Source: Patescibacteria group bacterium (GTDB lineage: Bacteria; Patescibacteriota; Microgenomatia; UBA10105; UBA927). From it: DNA of 64,000 nucleotides. Shown one piece after another: positions 59,322 through 64,000 of the stretch. The first letter of the stretch is position 1. The number at the start of each line of letters is the position of its first letter. The notes under the pieces are model-generated. The model searched no databases. It was not told the origin of the DNA and saw nothing but the letters and a program-made list of their open reading frames with translations. A program made the position numbers and the translations under genes. Where the stretch lies: the NCBI GenBank assembly GCA_038062895.1, contig JBBTWJ010000003.1, positions 27,474 to 91,473 of the forward strand. The letters run 5' to 3'.

Positions 59322-60455
59322 CTACTGCACATGAAGATAAAAACTCAATACCCCATCGCCATGATCAACATATTTAATTTTTATGATACTCCCACTGCCG
59401 CATGCCTGGCTGGATGAATAAAGATCTCCATCACGCGGCGCCCGAATGATGTTGCTGCCGGTTGATACCATATCATACCCCGTATGGATGCCGCCGGAGT
59501 ATTGGTAGCGCCATGAGTATGGAGTCTTCCCGAAATATTGGGTAAGCCTGATGGTATCTTCAAGCGGCCAAGCCCAACTGCCGCTACCGAACGTAGCATC
59601 TCCGCCGTTCTGATCGTCTTTCACCTGCTTAGAGGCCAAGTATCCTCCCGGATCAACCCACGTACCACCTTTTCGAACTTCAAAATGAAGATGCGCGCCC
59701 GTGGAACACCCAGGGTAGCCGGTATTACCTACCACCGCGATTGGATCGCCTTTTTTGACCGGTCCTATTTTGATCGAATCGATAAGCGCACGATCAACCG
59801 CCTGCTTTTCTGCTAGCGCCTGGGAAAGAAGCTTTTGGTACACTGTTTCACTATTTTTTGTCTGCTCCAAAAGCACCAATTTTTCTTTCTTTTGACGGGC
59901 AAGCGAGGCACTTTCCTGCTCAAGCTGCTTTTTAAGTTTTTCCTGCTCAAGCTTTTTCCCTTCACGGAGATTTTTTCTTTCCGCAAAATTGTTTTGGGTA
60001 GCCTTCAGTTGAAAAAGAAGTGCCGCATCATGCTCCTGGATAGTAGAAATATACTTTACTCTGGCAACAAAATCAGAAAACGAACTGCTCAAAAAAAGCA
60101 TGCCGAATTGCGACGTGCCTTTCCTCTTGTATGACTCCGGGATGCGCCGAAGGACGAGCTCGGTGCGCCTGGTCAGTAAATCCTCTAAACGCTCTATTTC
60201 TCCCGCTAGTTCATCTATCTCTGCTGTAAGCTTGGTGACAGCAGATCGGATGGTACTGACACGAAGGGTCGTTAAAGAAATCTGAGAATCCAAAAGTCCT
60301 ATTTGCTTCGATAAGGTATTTTCTTCCTGTTGAAGTTGGAAAATCTTTTTAGTCAGCTCCTCAATCGTTTTATTTACGTCGCCATCTACAGCCTGCGCGG
60401 ATAAATGAGGAAAAAATAATACAATAAGAAGCAACCCTATGCATAATCGTTTCAT
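59322..60455 (-). CDS. M23/LytM-family peptidase with an N-terminal coiled coil (EnvC-like FtsEX-associated murein hydrolase activator).
   Basis: Signal peptide, long coiled-coil region, and C-terminal GNTGYPGCSTGAHLHFEV M23 motif. Adjacent to ftsX-ftsE. Confidence 0.7.
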   Translation of the reverse strand: MKRLCIGLLLIVLFFPHLSAQAVDGDVNKTIEELTKKIFQLQQEENTLSKQIGLLDSQISLTTLRVSTIRSAVTKLTAEIDELAGEIERLEDLLTRRTELVLRRIPESYKRKGTSQFGMLFLSSSFSDFVARVKYISTIQEHDAALLFQLKATQNNFAERKNLREGKKLEQEKLKKQLEQESASLARQKKEKLVLLEQTKNSETVYQKLLSQALAEKQAVDRALIDSIKIGPVKKGDPIAVVGNTGYPGCSTGAHLHFEVRKGGTWVDPGGYLASKQVKDDQNGGDATFGSGSWAWPLEDTIRLTQYFGKTPYSWRYQYSGGIHTGYDMVSTGSNIIRAPRDGDLYSSSQACGSGSIIKIKYVDHGDGVLSFYLHVQ

Positions 60456-60463
60456 TGTACATT

Positions 60464-61360
60464 TTAGAACTTCAAATACCGGCCGACCGCCACTAAGCTA
60501 CCGATACTGCCCAATAAAAATCCGGTTGTTGCAAGCCCGCCAAAAAATATAAATGCTGCGATCAAAAAAGCCGCCGACGTCGGCGCTGCCAATACACTGC
60601 CAATCGCCGGGATGACACCCAAAAATGTGAGCAGAAACGGATACATCCAAAGGGCAAGCGCACCGATAATAATACTCGCGATTCCTGCACCAAAGAGCCC
60701 ATACAATCCCCCCTCTAAAAGGAAGGGCGCACGGATATACCAAGGAGAAGCACCCACTAAATTGAGCACTTCCACTTCCTGCTTTTTGATGGCAATCTTC
60801 ATACCGATGATCGTCATGACGATGAGGATGGAGTCCACTGCCAACAGTCCCGCAAGCGACCCCCCCACCCAACGGATGGCGTTAGTCCAGGAAATGAGCG
60901 TCTCCACCACATCGCGCTGATACACAACTTCCTCAACACCCTCTGACTCTTTGATCACCGCTTCAAGATCTGACAGAAAATTAGGATCGGTTGCCGATAC
61001 TTCAAGCGATGCCGGAAGGATATCTGCCGTCACCATCTCAAGAAGAAGCGGATCATTTTTATTTTGCTGCCGATAAAGAGCCAACGCCTCATCCTTGGTA
61101 ATATATTTGATGCTTACGGTTTTTCCTGTGGCCGTAAGCTCATTTTCAAGATTATGGATACTTTCCTCGCTCGTCTTATCCTGAAAATACACCGTAATCT
61201 GGGGCTTCCCCTCAAAATACTTGAGAACAAAGAAGGAAGCGGTGCTCGCCAAAAAAAACAAACCGGCTAACAGGAGCGTCAAAAACATGGTCAGGATAGC
61301 CGCCATTGCCTGATACGGCGAGCGACGCATATGCCTCCATGCAGTGGTCAGTGAAATCAT
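60464..61360 (-). CDS. ftsX: Cell-division permease-like protein FtsX.
   Basis: Four-TM topology with a large extracytoplasmic loop. Translationally coupled downstream of ftsE (ATGA at 61357). Confidence 0.75.
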   Translation of the reverse strand: MISLTTAWRHMRRSPYQAMAAILTMFLTLLLAGLFFLASTASFFVLKYFEGKPQITVYFQDKTSEESIHNLENELTATGKTVSIKYITKDEALALYRQQNKNDPLLLEMVTADILPASLEVSATDPNFLSDLEAVIKESEGVEEVVYQRDVVETLISWTNAIRWVGGSLAGLLAVDSILIVMTIIGMKIAIKKQEVEVLNLVGASPWYIRAPFLLEGGLYGLFGAGIASIIIGALALWMYPFLLTFLGVIPAIGSVLAAPTSAAFLIAAFIFFGGLATTGFLLGSIGSLVAVGRYLKF

Positions 61361-62064
61361 AGTTTATGAGTCCTGTGCTCCTTTTTGTGTATATGATATC
61401 GTCCGCGGGCTTCATCGCTCACAATCTCACCGTGTTCGAGCGTAATGGTGCGTTTCTTTAAATCATTTACAATACTCGCATTATGCGTTGCCATGATGAT
61501 AGTCGTGCCAATATCATTTATTTCCTGCAGGATATCCAAAATTTCCCATGAAGTTTCCGGATCCAGATTACCCGTCGGTTCATCAGCAAGAAGGACTTTC
61601 GGCCCACCCACGATGGTGCGGGCAATACTTGTCCGTTGCATCTCGCCCGCGGAAAGCTGTTGTGGAAAAAGGTATTTTTTGTTTTCTAGCCCGACAAGCT
61701 CAAGCACCTTATCTACGTCTCTGGTAATTTCCGGCTCTCTTTTACCGATTATTTCCAAAGCCAACGCAACGTTTTCAAACACCGTGCGGTCAGACAATAG
61801 TTTAAAATCCTGAAATACGACCCCAACACGACGCCTCAAAAGATGAATGCTCGAATCGGGAAGCGTGTTAATTTTCCAATCATCAAGCATGATATCTCCC
61901 TCGGTCGGCACCATTTCACGCGTAAGGAGCTTGAGAAATGTGGTCTTGCCAGCGCCGGACGGGCCGATGAGAAAGACAAATTCTCCGTCTTTAATGGTCA
62001 CGGAGACTTGAGAAAGGGCGTGGGTTTCCCCATAGAGTTTGGTGACACGGTCAAAGGAAATCAT
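61357..62064 (-). CDS. ftsE: Cell-division ABC ATPase FtsE.
   Basis: MISFDRVTKLYGE...GPSGAGKTT Walker A, LSAGEMQR signature and LLADEPTGNLD Walker B. The start ATG lies inside the left arm of palindromic element 4 (track extends to 62115). Confidence 0.85.
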   Translation of the reverse strand: MISFDRVTKLYGETHALSQVSVTIKDGEFVFLIGPSGAGKTTFLKLLTREMVPTEGDIMLDDWKINTLPDSSIHLLRRRVGVVFQDFKLLSDRTVFENVALALEIIGKREPEITRDVDKVLELVGLENKKYLFPQQLSAGEMQRTSIARTIVGGPKVLLADEPTGNLDPETSWEILDILQEINDIGTTIIMATHNASIVNDLKKRTITLEHGEIVSDEARGRYHIHKKEHRTHKL

Positions 62065-62213
62065 TCCAGGTAGTAGAAACTCGATAATTGTTTCTGTTTT
62101 TCGCTCGCTTAACAATTTTGTTAATTGATCAATAAATACAATACTCTGGCCGGTAGCGACGAAACAATTTGGCTCGCTAATGCGAGCGATCGAGTTTTCA
62201 CTACCTGGTCATT
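62062..62213. repeat. Intergenic palindromic element copy 4 (152 bp). The left arm carries the ftsE start codon and the right arm carries the stop codon of the 62209..62691 ORF.
   Basis: CATTCCAGGTAGTAGAAACTCG ... TCGAGTTTTCACTACCTGGTCAT. Spacer hairpin: gctcgc-atta-gcgagc. Confidence 0.75.
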
Positions 62214-62691
62214 CCAGAATTTCAATTTTTCCAACATCCATAAGCCAAGCGGCCTTTTTTGCGGCAAACGTCTCACCCCATACTTTCACCTTTTTTCCTG
62301 CATAGGAATCCATATCTATCACGGAAGAAACGAGGTATGCTGTCTGGGACGGGCCCCCTTCGCGGACAAGTTTGTGCGTCCCTTCACCATTCATCCCGCC
62401 TTTCTCAAGTGTACCTTCCGCAGAGTCTTTAAAATTTTTGGTATCGGCAATTCCTTCAATTTTATCCGTTTTGACCATTTTCGGAGCTTCCGTCGCCTCT
62501 TTACTCGCCAGCTTCGTATTACGGGACAAAAGATACCCGGTGCCTAAGCCAAGGAAAACAAGGGCTACATAGACACCCACTGCTACCCTGCGCATGGTTT
62601 GTTTTTCTCCGACCCGGCTGACGGACGGCATAGAAGACAAAGATGAACGAGGCGACTCAACGGTGGCGTTAGGAGCAAATGCCATATACAT
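62209..62691 (-). CDS. N-terminally membrane-anchored protein, unknown function.
   Basis: TM segment VAVGVYVALVFLGLGTGYLL followed by a Lys/Glu-rich soluble domain. Start may be the internal MRRVAV. Confidence 0.4.
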   Translation of the reverse strand: MYMAFAPNATVESPRSSLSSMPSVSRVGEKQTMRRVAVGVYVALVFLGLGTGYLLSRNTKLASKEATEAPKMVKTDKIEGIADTKNFKDSAEGTLEKGGMNGEGTHKLVREGGPSQTAYLVSSVIDMDSYAGKKVKVWGETFAAKKAAWLMDVGKIEILE

Positions 62692-62704
62692 ATAGTATTA
62701 CTGT

Positions 62705-63715
62705 TTAGGAAAATCTTTTCAAGTAGGAAGTAATAAACGCATCGAGATCTCCGTCTAATACGCTTTCTGTTTGGCTCGTTTCATATTGTGTCCGTAAATC
62801 CTTGACCATGTGATAGGGATGGAGAACGTACGAGCGGATCTGATTGCCCCATCCTGGCGTCTTGTAGACCCCCTTAATCTTGACCTCCTCACTCCGCCGC
62901 TGGTCCTCTTGGGCTGCCCACAATTTCGCTCGAAGTACTTTGAGCGCGTACTCACGATTTTGTCCCTGATAGCGCTGCGTCTGGCATGTCACGATAATCC
63001 CTGTGGGTTTGTGGGTCAGACGAACTGCAGTAGAAACTTTATTGACGTTTTGACCACCCTTGCCACCGGAGCGAAAAAAATCCCACACGAGGTCATCTTC
63101 TTTGATAACTGGCCCGACGGCATCTTCAACCACGGGCAACACTTCCGCCATGGCAAATGATGTCTGCCGGAGATTATCAGCATTAAACGGCGACTGACGG
63201 ACAAGCCTGTGAACGCCGGCTTCAGCCTTCAGATGCCCGTATGCATAGGCTCCGGTTACTTGAAACGTAATACTTTTGATCCCCGCTTCTTCCCCGACGG
63301 TCTCATCTAATACTTCAAAATCCCAGTTTTTACGTTCAAAATACCGTTGATACATCCGTGAAAGCATGGCATTCCAATCCATCGCCTCGGTTCCCCCTTG
63401 TCCGGCGTGGAGGGTAAGAATTGCATCAGCCCGGTCATACGGCCCCGAAAGATACACAGCATACTCCATCCGGTCTACTTCACGGGCAAGCTCTGCCTCC
63501 TCTCCACTTCCGATAAGGAGCTCGAGCATCTCCCCTTCTTCTAATTCCTTTTGAATGACGGACAACAACTTCATCTTTTTGGCAGCCGCTTGCGAATCAG
63601 CCCAAAAATCTTGCTTCATGCTTTCGGCTTCAAGCTCCCGTAAACGCTTGCGTTTATCATCAAGCCCCAGCTTATCTAAGATATCTTTCGCTCGCTTGTG
63701 TAGTGCTTCGTCCAT
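62705..63715 (-). CDS. prfB: Peptide chain release factor 2 (no programmed frameshift).
   Basis: SPF tripeptide motif (RF2-specific), GGQ motif in GGKGGQNVNKVSTAVRL, and a continuous in-frame N-terminus across the usual frameshift site (GGG CTT GAT GAT). Confidence 0.85.
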   Translation of the reverse strand: MDEALHKRAKDILDKLGLDDKRKRLRELEAESMKQDFWADSQAAAKKMKLLSVIQKELEEGEMLELLIGSGEEAELAREVDRMEYAVYLSGPYDRADAILTLHAGQGGTEAMDWNAMLSRMYQRYFERKNWDFEVLDETVGEEAGIKSITFQVTGAYAYGHLKAEAGVHRLVRQSPFNADNLRQTSFAMAEVLPVVEDAVGPVIKEDDLVWDFFRSGGKGGQNVNKVSTAVRLTHKPTGIIVTCQTQRYQGQNREYALKVLRAKLWAAQEDQRRSEEVKIKGVYKTPGWGNQIRSYVLHPYHMVKDLRTQYETSQTESVLDGDLDAFITSYLKRFS

Positions 63716-63731
63716 ATTGAAGTGTATTCTA

Positions 63732-64000
63732 TCATGAAGCGAAAAATTGCCAGAAGATGCCTATTGTCCCAAGAGTAAGCACGACGACCGTGGTCCATCC
63801 AAAAAGGTTATCAAACCAACGGTTCACCATGCCTCCCATAATCTTTTTATCGTTACACATAAAAAGAATGAGCGTCACGAGTACGGGACCGAGCATCCCC
63901 CCTAATACTTGAGAGTAGAGCAGTGCTTTCATGGGTGACACGCCGCTTATAGCAATACCTACCCCTACCACCATAGCGGCAGTAAGAACCGTATAAAATC
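63732..64000 (-). CDS. C-terminal fragment of a polytopic membrane transporter, possibly Nramp/MntH-like. The ORF continues beyond the window edge.
   Basis: No stop upstream of the first ATG in frame up to position 64000. A hydrophobic C-terminal region with a ...CNDKKIMG... block reminiscent of Nramp C-termini. Confidence 0.35.
   Translation of the reverse strand, partial: FYTVLTAAMVVGVGIAISGVSPMKALLYSQVLGGMLGPVLVTLILFMCNDKKIMGGMVNRWFDNLFGWTTVVVLTLGTIGIFWQFFAS

Noticed and set aside
1-64000. Numerous 60-150 aa ORFs in the six-frame track lying inside or antisense to the large genes (e.g. 388..822, 2517..2831, 8608..9045, 25158..25742, 40778..41149).
   Set aside because: They are fully embedded in well-supported long ORFs on the same or opposite strand, and have no motifs, no own start context and no intergenic space. 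They are spurious shadow ORFs.
1-64000. CRISPR array.
   Set aside because: The only direct repeats are 7-8 bp tandem microsatellite-like tracts. They are far too short, have no unique spacers, and are mostly coding.
1-64000. Alternative genetic code (UGA as Gly/Trp), as in some candidate phyla.
   Set aside because: UGA is used as the stop in many ATGA overlaps whose downstream ATG begins a conserved N-terminus. An RF2 gene (which decodes UGA) is present and intact.
1-64000. tRNA, rRNA or transposase/integrase genes.
   Set aside because: Intergenic space is minimal everywhere and no cloverleaf-like or rRNA-like stretches, DDE-transposase or recombinase motifs were recognised. The palindromic elements carry no ORF.

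Overview
This window is gene-dense (more than 50 CDS, almost all on the minus strand) and comes from a bacterium using the standard genetic code. UGA acts as a stop, repeatedly inside 4-nt ATGA stop/start overlaps, and an in-frame RF2 gene is present. Compact translationally coupled operons, TsaB/TsaC-type fusions and gene content loosely suggest a Patescibacteria/CPR-like lineage; that is inference.

- **Glycosylation locus (1-48 kb):** Nearly every gene encodes cell-envelope glycosylation machinery.
  - About 17 polytopic GT-C-type membrane proteins: six GT39/ArnT/PMT-like, four paralogs with an N-terminal HD..H motif (YfhO/PTPS-related-like), three large YfhO-family proteins, and DUF2029/GT87-like and other large membrane proteins.
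  - Three polyprenyl-phosphate sugar synthases (GtrB/Dpm1-like, one fused to a GtrA-like domain).
  - Three WaaE/KdtX-like GT2 paralogs, two WbbL-like GT2, one GT4, a Wzx-type flippase and a SAM methyltransferase.
- **Nucleotide-sugar genes (48-54 kb):** An Rmd-like dehydratase/reductase, UDP-glucose 6-dehydrogenase and rmlA-rmlC-rmlB-rmlD.
- **Housekeeping genes (54-64 kb):** A TsaC-TsaB fusion, TsaE, VanZ-like, a Pro/Thr-rich surface protein, a small GIY-YIG protein, an EnvC-like M23 peptidase with ftsX-ftsE, RF2 and a partial Nramp-like transporter.
- **Most notable structural observation:** A family of four ~136-152 bp intergenic elements (50.2, 51.2, 54.7 and 62.1 kb). Each has conserved ~20-23 bp terminal inverted repeats (core CCAGGTAGT(AGA/GAA)AnnTCG) flanking 88-106 bp divergent hairpin-rich spacers. 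The arms precisely carry the start codon of the downstream gene, and in two copies the stop codon of the upstream gene. They may be a MITE/ERIC/Correia-like mobile element, or a conserved long-range mRNA stem in polycistronic transcripts.
- **Second recurring feature:** In-frame 7-8 bp tandem repeat tracts inside and at the ends of glycosyltransferase genes (TTATCTG, TTTATTG, CAAATTC, TTGGTGC, AGTAGTG). These are candidate slipped-strand phase-variation sites.

No rRNA, tRNA, CRISPR array, transposase or integrase could be supported.
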